DNA from: Vicinamibacterales bacterium
Lineage (GTDB): Bacteria > Acidobacteriota > Vicinamibacteria > Vicinamibacterales > UBA2999
Direction of reading: 5' to 3'
NCBI GenBank assembly: GCA_030680175.1
Contig: JAUXWO010000049.1
Span: 10,873 to 74,872, forward strand
Length of the DNA: 64,000 nt
Shown here: positions 16,820 to 25,510 of the stretch, piece by piece
Numbering within the stretch: the stretch's first letter is position 1
Layout of the letters: each line of letters starts with the position of its first letter
Position numbers and translations under genes: made by a program
Notes under the pieces: generated by a model
What the model saw: only the letters and a program-made list of their open reading frames with translations
Database searches by the model: none
What the model was told of the DNA's origin: nothing

Positions 16820-18871
16820 TTGACCGTGGCGTTCGATCGCGAAGGCGCACTCAAGAAGGCGGAGAAGCTCCTCAAGCAGGGGCGGATCGACGGCGCGATC
16901 GAGGAATACCTGCGCATCGTCGAGGCGCAGCCGCGCGACTGGAACAGCGCCAACGCGCTCGGCGATCTCTACGTGCGCGCCGGGCAGATCGAGAAGGGCG
17001 TCGCGCAGTACACGCTGATCGCCGACCACTTCGCCACCGAAGGCTTTTATCCGAAGGCCTCGGCCCTCTACAAGAAAATCCTCAAGGTCAAGCCCGGCGA
17101 GGAGCACACGCTGCTCCAGCTGGGCGATCTGGCCGCGCGCCAGGGGCTCCTCGGCGACGCCAAGGGGCATTTCCAGGCCGTGGCGGAGGCCCGTCGCGGG
17201 CGGGGCGACCGTAAGGGGGCGGCCGCGATCGCGATCCGGATCGGCACGCTCGACCCCGACGACCTCGAGGCGCGCCTGGGTGCGGCGCGCATGGCCCTGG
17301 ACGCGGGAGACCGCGCGACGGCGCTCCGCGAACTGCGCGACGTGGCCATCGAACTCGACAACGGGGGGAAGGCCGCGGAGGCGCTTGGCGTCTTCCGGCA
17401 GGTCTTCGAACTGGCCCCCGACGACCTCGCGGTGCGCAACCGGCTGCTGCGCGGATCGCTTGCGGCTGGCGACTTCGCCGCGGCGCGCCAGGTGGCCACG
17501 AGCGCCGCCGATCTGAAGCAGGTCGCCGCCGCGCTCGAGGCGGCCGGCGAATCGGCGCAGGCGCTCGAGGTGCTCACCGCGGTGGCCGACGCCGATCCCG
17601 AGGATCTGGAGGTGCGGGCCGGCCTCGCGCAGGCCTTCGCGCGCAGCGGGGACCTCGAACGGGCCCGGCGTTTCCTGACGCCGGAGACGGCCGGCCACAG
17701 CGCGCCCCTCTGGATGACGCTTGCCGAGATCGAGCTGCGCAGCGGGCGGCTGGACGAGGGCCGCGCGGCCGTGACGCAGGCGCTCACGCTCGATCTGAGC
17801 CAGCGCGAAGCGGCCGTCGCACTCGGCTGCCGTCTGGCCGAGGTCTCGGCTGACGCCGCGTACGTCGCGATCGAGGCCGTGGCGGACGCGGCGCTCGAGG
17901 AGGGCGACTTCGCGGCGGCGGCCGCGGCGCTGCATGAACTGGTCACACGCGTGGGGGACCACATCGTGGCGCTGATGCGCCTGGTCGAGGTGTGCGTCGA
18001 CGGCGGGCTCGAGGCCACGATGTACTCCGCGCAGGCGCAGCTGGCGGACGCCTATCTCGGGGCGGGACGCGGGCTCGAGGCCCGCATCATCAGCGAGGAT
18101 CTGGTCGCGCGCGAGCCCTGGGACCGCGCGAACATCGAGCGGTTCCGGCGCGCCCTCGTCATGCTCGGCGAGACGGACCCGGACGCGGTCATCGCGGACC
18201 GCCTGAGCGGCGACAGCCCGTTCATGGTGACCGACAAGCTGGACCTGAACGAGGGGCTCGATCTCAACGACGGGACCGAGTTCGCCGCGGCCTCGCCGTC
18301 GCGCGGGCAGGCGGCGCCTGCCGATCCCGGCGAGACGGCCGAAGTGAGCCTTGATCTCGATCTGAGCGAGGCGGCAGACGCGGTCGAACTCGTGGTGGAT
18401 CTCGACGCGCCTGCCGCCGAGGCGCCGGTGCCCCGCTCGCTGGACCAGGTCTTCCGCAGCTTCCGCGACGAGTCCGGGCGCGACAGCGCCGAGGAGGCGG
18501 CCGCCGAGCAGTACCGCCTCGCGCTGACCTACCGCGACATGGGCATGGTCGATGATGCGATCGAATCGCTGCAGGCGGCCGCGCGGTCGCCGCGCCAGCG
18601 CTTCGATGCGGCGTCGCTGCTCGGCCACCTGCTCCTCGAACGCGGGGAGTCCGAGGCGGCCGTCGAGTGGCTGGAGCGCGCGGCCGAAGCGCCCGCGCCC
18701 ACCCAGGACGCCGGCCGGGCGCTGCTGTACGACCTCGCCGAGACACTGGAAAAGGTGGGCGAGAGCGCCCGCGCGCTGGCGGTGTTCGTGGAACTCGAAG
18801 CCGACTCGCCCGGCTATCGGGACGTGACGGGCCGGATCGACCGGCTGTCGAAAGTCCAGGCACGAGGGTAG
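16820..18871 (+). CDS. Large TPR-repeat protein with an acidic central linker
   Basis: The ORF has coding-like GC3. TPR-like helices run throughout (ALGDLYVRAGQIEKGVAQY..., YRLALTYRDMGMVDDAIESLQAA...). The start is a TTG 2 nt after the rnhB stop. Confidence 0.7.
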   Translation: MTVAFDREGALKKAEKLLKQGRIDGAIEEYLRIVEAQPRDWNSANALGDLYVRAGQIEKGVAQYTLIADHFATEGFYPKASALYKKILKVKPGEEHTLLQLGDLAARQGLLGDAKGHFQAVAEARRGRGDRKGAAAIAIRIGTLDPDDLEARLGAARMALDAGDRATALRELRDVAIELDNGGKAAEALGVFRQVFELAPDDLAVRNRLLRGSLAAGDFAAARQVATSAADLKQVAAALEAAGESAQALEVLTAVADADPEDLEVRAGLAQAFARSGDLERARRFLTPETAGHSAPLWMTLAEIELRSGRLDEGRAAVTQALTLDLSQREAAVALGCRLAEVSADAAYVAIEAVADAALEEGDFAAAAAALHELVTRVGDHIVALMRLVEVCVDGGLEATMYSAQAQLADAYLGAGRGLEARIISEDLVAREPWDRANIERFRRALVMLGETDPDAVIADRLSGDSPFMVTDKLDLNEGLDLNDGTEFAAASPSRGQAAPADPGETAEVSLDLDLSEAADAVELVVDLDAPAAEAPVPRSLDQVFRSFRDESGRDSAEEAAAEQYRLALTYRDMGMVDDAIESLQAAARSPRQRFDAASLLGHLLLERGESEAAVEWLERAAEAPAPTQDAGRALLYDLAETLEKVGESARALAVFVELEADSPGYRDVTGRIDRLSKVQARG

Positions 18872-18876
18872 CGTCC

Positions 18877-19107
18877 CTGTTCCGCCGGCTCCTCCTGATC
18901 GCCCTCCTCCTCGAGGTTGGCCTGCTCCTGCTGCTCATTCCGTGGTCGGCGTTCTGGGACCGCAACTACTTCGCGCAGGCGTGGCCGCCGCTGCACGCGC
19001 TGTTGACGAGCAACTACGTGCGCGGGGCCGTCTCCGGCCTGGGCCTCCTGAACGTCTACGTGGCGCTGGCCGAACTGGCCGACCTCTTCACCGCGCGCGA
19101 CGCCTGA
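18877..19107 (+). CDS. Small predicted two-TM membrane protein (start codon unresolved)
   Basis: Strong GC3 coding signal. Hydrophobic segments LLLIALLLEVGLLLLLIPW and AVSGLGLLNVYVALA. The stop overlaps the next ATG (TGATG). No ATG, GTG or TTG lies between the upstream TAG (18869-18871) and the hydrophobic core, so the listed start is a CTG. Confidence 0.35.
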   Translation: MFRRLLLIALLLEVGLLLLLIPWSAFWDRNYFAQAWPPLHALLTSNYVRGAVSGLGLLNVYVALAELADLFTARDA

Positions 19108-19802
19108 TGGCCCCCCTCGCTGTCCCGCCCTGGCTCTGCCTGATCACCGATCGGCGCCGTCTGGGTGCGGGACGCGGCCACCCCCGGGGCGAGTGGACCG
19201 CGACCCTTCTCACACAGGTCGCCGCCGCGGCGCAGGCCGGGGTCTCCCTCGTGATCGTGCGCGAGCACGACCTCGAGGCACGCGCACTGGCCGGCCTCGT
19301 GCGCGCGGTGCGGGCGGCGGTGCGCGGTACCGCGACGCGCGTGCTGGTGAACGACCGCCTCGATGTGGCCCTGGCCACCGGCGCCGAGGGGGTGCATCTC
19401 CGCGAGCGGTCGGTGACGGCACGCGATGCACGACACCTCGCCCCGCCGGGCTTCCTGATCGGGCGATCCGTGCACGATGTCGAGGGCGCCGCCCAGGCGG
19501 GACCGGTCGACTACCTGCTCGCCGGGACGGTGTATCCAACGGTCTCGAAGCCAGACACGACACCGTGGCTCGGGCTGGCCGGACTCGCGGCGGTGGTCGC
19601 GGCGGCGACCGTGCCGGTGCTCGCCATCGGCGGCATCGCCTCGGCGGACGAGGTGCGGCAGGTACGGGGTGCGGGGGCGGCCGGCGTCGGGGTCATCGGG
19701 GGGTTCCAGCCGGGTCCTCGGGAGGCCGACCTTGTGACTGGTGTGCAGAATTGTGTGTACAACCTGCGATCAGGGTTTGACATGCCACTAGGCCTCCCCT
19801 AA
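19107..19802 (+). CDS. ThiE/TenI-family protein (thiamine-phosphate synthase-like paralog)
   Basis: LCLITDRR..., VIVREHDL, VLVNDRLDVALATGAEGVHL, VPVLAIGGI. The last ~30 codons are of lower GC and may not be conserved. Confidence 0.65.
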   Translation: MAPLAVPPWLCLITDRRRLGAGRGHPRGEWTATLLTQVAAAAQAGVSLVIVREHDLEARALAGLVRAVRAAVRGTATRVLVNDRLDVALATGAEGVHLRERSVTARDARHLAPPGFLIGRSVHDVEGAAQAGPVDYLLAGTVYPTVSKPDTTPWLGLAGLAAVVAAATVPVLAIGGIASADEVRQVRGAGAAGVGVIGGFQPGPREADLVTGVQNCVYNLRSGFDMPLGLP

Positions 19803-19805
19803 CAT
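19777..19805 (+). promoter_or_regulatory. Candidate sigma70 promoter TTGACA-17 nt-TAACAT
   Basis: A perfect -35 at 19777-19782 and a -10 at 19800-19805, inside the low-GC 3' end of the preceding ORF and about 65 nt upstream of the 19871 ATG. Confidence 0.4.
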
Positions 19806-19870
19806 GATGACCACAACGGGCTTTGGGCGACCGCCCTTTGGTGGGGCAGTCGCCTTAATTCCTCCTTCAG

Positions 19871-20674
19871 ATGACGGCTTCGTCCATGCCTGACACTCGG
19901 GCGCAGGACTTCGGATCCCGCCTTCGCCGTTCGCGCGAAGATCGCGGGGTGTCGCTCCGGCAGATTGCCGACGTGACGAAGCTGTCGGTGCGCGCGCTCG
20001 ATGGCCTCGAGCGCGGCCAGGTGAAGTGCCTGCCGAACGGCATCTTCCGTCGCGCGCTCGTGCGCGCGTACGCGAGCGAAGTCGGTCTCAACCCCGAGGC
20101 GACGCTCAGCGAGTTCCTCGCGATCTATCCCGACGATCTTCCTGCGCTCGTCTCGACGCCGTGTGGACGACAGCTGCTGGCCGATGATGTGGCGCCGTCG
20201 CGCGCGGCGCAGATCGGACAGCTCGCGCTCAAGGTGCTCGGCGCCGCCGTGCCTGCGGGCGCCGGCATTCTCTACATCGTGCTGACGACCAACGCCCCCG
20301 CGCCCGCGCATCTGCTGCTCGAGAACGAGCCGCTGCAGACCGTCGACGCCTGGCGTCCGGAGATCGTGCCGGCCGGCGGGTTCATGGAGCCGCCGCCCCC
20401 GGCGCCGCCGGCGCTGGCGCTGTTTGTCACGATCACCTCGCCGTGCGAACTGCGCGTTCAGGTGGACGGCCGCGAGACGGTGGCGCGGCGCTTCGCCGCC
20501 GGCGAGCAGTTCCAGCTCGAGGCGCGCGAGGAAGTGATCCTCACCGGCGACGATGCGGGCGCCGTGCAGTTCAGCATCAACGGGCAGGCGGGCCGCATGC
20601 TCGGCGAACCGGGCGCCCCGCTCGGCGCCCGCATCGTGCGCGACGACTACGACGCCTTCCTGATCGGGCACTGA
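19871..20674 (+). CDS. RodZ-like HTH protein with a DUF4115-like C-terminal domain
   Basis: N-terminal Xre-type HTH (FGSRLRRSREDRGVSLRQIADVTKLSVRALDGLERG). C-terminus: LRVQVDGRETVARRFAAGEQFQLEA...VILTGDDAGAVQFSINGQ. Confidence 0.7.
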   Translation: MTASSMPDTRAQDFGSRLRRSREDRGVSLRQIADVTKLSVRALDGLERGQVKCLPNGIFRRALVRAYASEVGLNPEATLSEFLAIYPDDLPALVSTPCGRQLLADDVAPSRAAQIGQLALKVLGAAVPAGAGILYIVLTTNAPAPAHLLLENEPLQTVDAWRPEIVPAGGFMEPPPPAPPALALFVTITSPCELRVQVDGRETVARRFAAGEQFQLEAREEVILTGDDAGAVQFSINGQAGRMLGEPGAPLGARIVRDDYDAFLIGH

Positions 20675-21477
20675 TGGACCTGGGCCTTCGCACGCCGCTG
20701 CTGGACTTCTTCCGGCGCGGCGAAGTCGCGCGCGACGTGCGGCTGATGGCGGCCGAAGGCGCCATCGCCCCGCGCCCCCTCGAACAACTCGGCCTGCTGG
20801 CGCTGCTCACCGCCGATCACGATCCCGACATCCGCGAGACGGCCGAGGCCACGCTCGCCAGGATTCCCGCGTCGCTGATTGCCGCGTTCATCGCACGCGC
20901 CGACGTGCCGACCGAACTGCGGGGGTTCTTCGAAGCACGCGGCGTGACGCCGGCCGCCGAGGCGGCACCCGACGATGCGACCCCGGTGGCGGATCCGGAA
21001 CCCGAGCCCGACGACTGGATCGCGGAGCTGGCCGCGGGCGTCGAAGGCGCCGAGGGCGAGCGCGAGAGCACGGTCCGCCAGCTGCAGAACATGTCGGTGC
21101 CGCAGAAGGTGAAGGCCGCCATGAAGGGCACGCGCGAGATGCGCGCGGTGCTCATCCGCGATCCCAACCGGATGGTGGCGGCGGCGGTGCTGAGCTGCCC
21201 GAAGGTCAACGAGTCGGAGATCGAGTCGTTCGCGCGCATGGCGAACGTGACCGACGAGATCCTGCGGACGATTGGCCAGACGCGCGGCTGGACGAAGAGC
21301 TACGGCGTGGTGTCGGCGCTCGTGAAGAACCCGAAGACGCCGATCGCGGTATCGCTGACGCTGCTGCAGCGCCTGAACGACCGGGACCTCAAGGGCATCT
21401 CCATCGACCGGAACGTTCCCGAGCCGCTGCGCGTGGCCGCGCGCCGCAAGGTGGTTCAGGGCAACGAGAAGAAGTAG
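20674..21477 (+). CDS. Conserved hypothetical helical-repeat protein
   Basis: The ATG overlaps the upstream stop (TGATG), GC3 is coding-like, and the sequence is repetitive and helical (VKAAMKGTREMRAVLIRDPNRMVAAAVLSCPKVNESEIESFARM...). I do not recognise a family. Confidence 0.6.
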   Translation: MDLGLRTPLLDFFRRGEVARDVRLMAAEGAIAPRPLEQLGLLALLTADHDPDIRETAEATLARIPASLIAAFIARADVPTELRGFFEARGVTPAAEAAPDDATPVADPEPEPDDWIAELAAGVEGAEGERESTVRQLQNMSVPQKVKAAMKGTREMRAVLIRDPNRMVAAAVLSCPKVNESEIESFARMANVTDEILRTIGQTRGWTKSYGVVSALVKNPKTPIAVSLTLLQRLNDRDLKGISIDRNVPEPLRVAARRKVVQGNEKK

Positions 21478-21480
21478 CCC

Positions 21481-21681
21481 TCAGCCCTTCCCGGACGCCT
21501 TCCACTCAGACCGCATCTGCGACAGGCCGTCCATGTAGACGGCGGCGCGTTCCCGCTCGTCCTCGGTGGCCATCGACTTGAGCAGCGTGATGGCCTTCTC
21601 GAGATCGCGCTGGATGGTCTTCTTCGTCGTGCCCAGGTAGAGGCGCTTGATCTCGGCGAGTGCGTCCATGGCTGCCGCCAT
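21481..21681 (-). CDS. 66-aa helical protein of unknown function, coupled to polX
   Basis: MAAAMDALAEIKRLYLGTTKKTIQRDLEKAITLLKSMATEDERERAAVYMDGLSQMRSEWKASGKG. Its ATG overlaps the polX stop (TAATG). The rest of the 338-aa track ORF lies in the polX region. Confidence 0.5.
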   Translation of the reverse strand: MAAAMDALAEIKRLYLGTTKKTIQRDLEKAITLLKSMATEDERERAAVYMDGLSQMRSEWKASGKG

Positions 21682-23414
21682 TATACGGCCGCGCCGGGCC
21701 GGTGGCGCCGGAGCGCGGCGCGAAAGGCCTCGAACGGCCGCGTATTGAGCACATCGTCCCGCGTGAGGCCGGCGCGCCTCGCCACGACGGTGCCCCAGCG
21801 CCGGAGCGCCAGGGCGCCCACGGCGTGCGCGTCGCTCGAGATCACGAGCGGCACGCCGCGCGCGCGGGCGAGGCGGGCGTGGCTGTCGGAGAGATCCAGC
21901 CGGTCCACCTGCGAGTTGATCTCGAAGGCGACGCCGTAGGCGGCGGCCGCGTCGATGAGGGTCTCGATGCGGACGCGCGACCCTGCGCGCTTGAGCAGCA
22001 GGCGGCCGGTGGCGTGGCCGATGATGTCGACCGACGGATGCGCGATGGCGCGCAGCATGCGGTCGGTCATCTCGGCCTCCTCCTGGTGCAGGGCGGAATG
22101 CACCGACGCGATCACGAGGTCGAGCTGCGCCAGGCAGTCGTCCGCGAGATCCATCCGCCCGTCGGGCAGGATGTCGCACTCGATCCCGGCGAGGACGTGG
22201 ATGCCCTCCACCCGGTCGTTGAGGGCGCGGACGCGGGCGGCGTGCGCCAGGGCGCGGCGCTCGTCGAGCCCGTTGGCCATGGCGAGGGCCTGGCTGTGGT
22301 CGGTGATGGCGATGTACTCGAGGCCGAGCGCGCGCGCGGCGCGGACCATCGACTCGAGATCGTCGCGGCCGTCCGTCTCGGTCGTGTGCATATGGAGGTC
22401 GCCGCGCAGGTCGCCCTCCTCGAGGAGCACCGGGAGGGCATGCGCTTCGGCCAGCGCCAGTTCGTCGCGGAACTCCCGGAGCTCCGGCGGCACCCACGCC
22501 AGCCCCAGGGCGTCGTAGATGCCTTCTTCGGTGTCGCCGGCCACCCGCGTGTCATCGGCCGTGCGATACAGGCCGTACTCGTTGAGGCGGAGGCCCGCGG
22601 CGATCGCCCGGTCGCGCAGCGCGATGTTATGGGCCTTCGAGCCCGTGAAGTACTGCAGGGCGGCGCCGCGGCTCTCGGGGGCGACGAGCCGCAGGTCGCA
22701 CTGGTAGCCGCCGCGGAGCAGCACGCTCGACTTCGTCTCGCCGTGGCCGAGGGTGCGCTCGGCCTGCTCGTACTGCACGAAGGTCCCCATGACGTCGGCA
22801 CTCGCGCCGACCGCCAGGATGTCGATGTCGCCGCAGGTCTCGACGCCTCGGCGCAGGCTGCCGACCGGGAGGAACTCGACGCCGGGCGCCTGTCCGCGCA
22901 GCCAGGCGACAAGCGCGCCGGCCGTCTCCACGGTGTCGGCCAGGAGGTGCCGGCCGGCGTGCCGCTGGCGTTCCTCGAGCGCCTTGAGGATCAGCTGCTC
23001 CTTGCGCGCGCCCATGCCCTTCATGCCGCGGATGCGGCCGTCGCGCGCCGCCTGCTCCAGCGTGGCCAGGCTGTCGACGCCGAGTTCCTGGTGCAGCCGC
23101 GCGACCGTCTTCGGCCCCACCCCCTGCAGGCGCAGCAGATCGAGGATGGTCTCGGGGAACTCCGTCAGCAGCGCCTCGCGGACGGCGCTGCGGCCCGTGG
23201 TGGCGAGCTCCCGGATGCGCGTCGCCAGATCCTTGCCGATGCCCGGCAGGGCGCGCAGCGCGGGCTCGTCGAGCGCCGCGAGCGACTCGGCCGCGTCGGC
23301 CGCCAGGTCCGCGGCCATGCGGTACGCGCGGATCTTGAACGGGTTCTCGCCCTTGATCTCCAGCAGGTCGGCGATCTCGCCGAGCGTGCGGGCGATGGCG
23401 GCGTTATCCAACAC
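21681..23414 (-). CDS. polX: DNA polymerase X family protein with a C-terminal PHP domain
   Basis: N-terminal HhH/PolX region: NAAIARTLGEIADLLEIKGENPFKIRAYR..., GIGKDLATRI, LQGVGPKTV, GDIDIL. PHP region: GDLHMHTTETDG..., AITDHS, SSDAH. A GTG at 23414 is preceded by GGAGGG. Confidence 0.85.
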   Translation of the reverse strand: MLDNAAIARTLGEIADLLEIKGENPFKIRAYRMAADLAADAAESLAALDEPALRALPGIGKDLATRIRELATTGRSAVREALLTEFPETILDLLRLQGVGPKTVARLHQELGVDSLATLEQAARDGRIRGMKGMGARKEQLILKALEERQRHAGRHLLADTVETAGALVAWLRGQAPGVEFLPVGSLRRGVETCGDIDILAVGASADVMGTFVQYEQAERTLGHGETKSSVLLRGGYQCDLRLVAPESRGAALQYFTGSKAHNIALRDRAIAAGLRLNEYGLYRTADDTRVAGDTEEGIYDALGLAWVPPELREFRDELALAEAHALPVLLEEGDLRGDLHMHTTETDGRDDLESMVRAARALGLEYIAITDHSQALAMANGLDERRALAHAARVRALNDRVEGIHVLAGIECDILPDGRMDLADDCLAQLDLVIASVHSALHQEEAEMTDRMLRAIAHPSVDIIGHATGRLLLKRAGSRVRIETLIDAAAAYGVAFEINSQVDRLDLSDSHARLARARGVPLVISSDAHAVGALALRRWGTVVARRAGLTRDDVLNTRPFEAFRAALRRHRPGAAV

Positions 23415-24393
23415 GGAGGCCCTCCCGCTCCACGGTGAAGTCCAGCAGGCGGGCGCCGTCGGCGGCAAGCGCCGCCTTGACCGCGTCGAGCGCCGACGGA
23501 GGGGCGAGGCAGAAGAGACACCCGCCGCCGCCCGCACCGCAGACCTTGGCGGCCGTCGCCCCGGCCGCCATCGCACGCGCGATCAGCCGGTCGATGGCCG
23601 GCGTCGTCACCCCGGGCGCCAGGCGCTTCCGGTTGTCCCATTCCGTGGCGAGGTGGCGCGCGGTGCCGTCCCAGTCGCCGGCCGCCAGGGCCTCGCGCAT
23701 GGCGGCCGCGGTGTCGCGAATGCGTTCGAACGCCTCGAAGACCGCGCGGTCCCCATCGAGGTGCCGCTTCATGATCTCCCAGTTGTTGGTGCCGGAATTC
23801 CGCGGCGCGCCGGTGTAGCAGAGCGCGATGCGGCGTTGAAGCTCGTCAGGGTCCACGTCGAGTGCGACGCGGCGAGGGCCGTCGACCCCGAGTTCGAGCG
23901 CGGCCACGCCGCCGTACATCGCCGGCCGGTAATCCTGCAGGCCCGTCGGCACCGCAATGACCTGCGCCTCGACGTTCATGGCGATTGTCAGCAGCGCTTC
24001 AGGCGCGATCTCCCGGCCGGTCCAGCGGGCCAGGGCGCCGCAGGCGGCGACGGTGAGGGCAGAGGACCCGGCGATGCCGGCGCCGGCGGGCGATTCGCCG
24101 CGCGTGGTCAGGGTCGCATCCGTCAACCCAAAGGCGCGCGCGAGGCGCGCAAGCAAGGGGAGGCCCCGCGCCGGGTCCAGCACCTCAGGGGCGTCGAGCC
24201 TCACGCGGCGGCCGATGTCCTCGGCCACCAGCTCCACGCCGCCGTCCTCGCGCGTGTCGATCTGTACGTGGGCGCGCAGGCTGATGGCCGCGTTCAGCGT
24301 CTGCGCGCCTTCGTGATACAGATAGAGGGGCCAGATGTCGATCGTGCCGCCGGCCAGGTCGATACGTGTGGGCGCCGATGCCGTGATACGCAC
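23404..24393 (-). CDS. GHMP-family sugar/small-molecule kinase
   Basis: RITASAPTRIDLAGGTIDIWPLY..., GESPAGAGIAGSSALTVAACGAL (GHMP motif), KVCGAGGGGCLF. Start chosen at the GTG at 24393. The 3' end overlaps the polX start by 11 nt. Confidence 0.75.
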   Translation of the reverse strand: MRITASAPTRIDLAGGTIDIWPLYLYHEGAQTLNAAISLRAHVQIDTREDGGVELVAEDIGRRVRLDAPEVLDPARGLPLLARLARAFGLTDATLTTRGESPAGAGIAGSSALTVAACGALARWTGREIAPEALLTIAMNVEAQVIAVPTGLQDYRPAMYGGVAALELGVDGPRRVALDVDPDELQRRIALCYTGAPRNSGTNNWEIMKRHLDGDRAVFEAFERIRDTAAAMREALAAGDWDGTARHLATEWDNRKRLAPGVTTPAIDRLIARAMAAGATAAKVCGAGGGGCLFCLAPPSALDAVKAALAADGARLLDFTVEREGLRVG

Positions 24394-24398
24394 GCCGC

Positions 24399-24408
24399 AA
24401 TTATAATT
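24399..24408. promoter_or_regulatory. Palindromic AATTATAATT box giving TATAAT on both strands between divergent genes
   Basis: The 22-nt divergent spacer has TATAAT at 24402-24407 on the plus strand, 8 nt before the nagZ ATG at 24416. TATAAT also reads on the minus strand (24405->24400), 6 nt before the kinase GTG at 24393. Neither side has a Shine-Dalgarno sequence. Confidence 0.45.
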
Positions 24409-24415
24409 CCCACGT

Positions 24416-25510
24416 ATGCCTTCCTCGGTGCGACAGGAGATCGGGCAGCTGCTCATCGGCAGCTTCACCGGTCAGACGCTCCCCGTCGAACTGCGGGCGC
24501 TGGCGCGCGAGTTCGATCTCGGCGGCGTGATCTTCTTCAGCCGCAACCTCGACGTGCCCGAGCAGGTGGCGGAGCTCTCGTTCGAATCCGAGGCGCTCGG
24601 CGTGGCCCTGCCGGCCTGGGTCAGCGTCGACCAGGAGGGGGGCCGCGTGGCGCGGCTGCGGGAGCCGTTCACGCGCTGGCCGCCGATGGCGACCCTCGGG
24701 CGCGCCGACGACGAGGCCCTGGCGCGGCGGTTCGCGCACGCACTCGCCGACGAGCTGCTCGCCGTGGGCATCACGCTCGACTACGCACCGGTGCTGGACA
24801 TCCACACGAATCCGGCGAATCCCGTCATCGGCGACCGCGCCCTGGCCGGGAACGCGGCGGCCGTGGCGCGCCTCGGCGCCGTTCTTGTCGAGGCGCTCCA
24901 GGCGCGGGGACTGGCGGCGTGCGGCAAGCACTTCCCCGGGCACGGCGACACCAGCACCGACTCGCATCTCGAGCTGCCGCTCGTGGAGCATCCACCCGAC
25001 CGCCTGCGCGCGGTCGAGTTCGAGCCGTTCCGCGCCGCCATCGCGGCCGGCGTGGCCAGCATCATGACCGCCCACGTCCTCGTGCCGTCCCTCGACGACG
25101 CCCGTCCCGCCACGCTGTCCCCGGCCATCGTCATGCGGCTCCTGCGAGAGGAACTCGGGTTCGAGGGCGTCATCATCAGCGATGATCTCGAGATGAAGGC
25201 GGTGAGCGCGCGCTACGCCGTGCCCGATGCGGCGGTGGAGGCGATTCGCGCCGGATGCGATGCGGTGCTCGTGTGTTCCGGCGACTGCGACCTGCAAGGA
25301 CGCACCCTCGAGGCCCTCGTGCGGGCGGTGGAGGAGGGGCGCATCACACGCGCGCGGCTCGACGACGCCCTGCGGCGTGGACGGGCCGCCAAGACCCGCT
25401 TTCTGGCCGGTGCGCGCCCCGCGCTCGGCGCGCGGGTGCGCGCGCTCCGCGCGCACGTGGGCCGTGACGAGCATCAGGCCATCGCACAGGAGATGGCGGC
25501 GTTCCTGTGA
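24416..25510 (+). CDS. nagZ: Beta-N-acetylhexosaminidase (GH3) NagZ
   Basis: IGQLLIGSF..., VSVDQEGGRVARL, KHFPGHGDTSTDSHLELP, IISDDLEMKA. Confidence 0.9.
   Translation: MPSSVRQEIGQLLIGSFTGQTLPVELRALAREFDLGGVIFFSRNLDVPEQVAELSFESEALGVALPAWVSVDQEGGRVARLREPFTRWPPMATLGRADDEALARRFAHALADELLAVGITLDYAPVLDIHTNPANPVIGDRALAGNAAAVARLGAVLVEALQARGLAACGKHFPGHGDTSTDSHLELPLVEHPPDRLRAVEFEPFRAAIAAGVASIMTAHVLVPSLDDARPATLSPAIVMRLLREELGFEGVIISDDLEMKAVSARYAVPDAAVEAIRAGCDAVLVCSGDCDLQGRTLEALVRAVEEGRITRARLDDALRRGRAAKTRFLAGARPALGARVRALRAHVGRDEHQAIAQEMAAFL

Noticed and set aside
18780-18871. -1 ribosomal frameshift joining the TPR protein to the downstream two-TM ORF
   Set aside because: No X XXY YYZ slippery heptamer or obvious downstream pseudoknot is visible in the overlap. 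It is left as a low-probability alternative in the finding.
21682-22497. Full 338-aa minus ORF 21481..22497
   Set aside because: Upstream of 21681 it is out of frame within polX and extremely Arg/Pro/Gly-rich. Only the last 66 codons, after an ATG overlapping the polX stop, look like a real gene.
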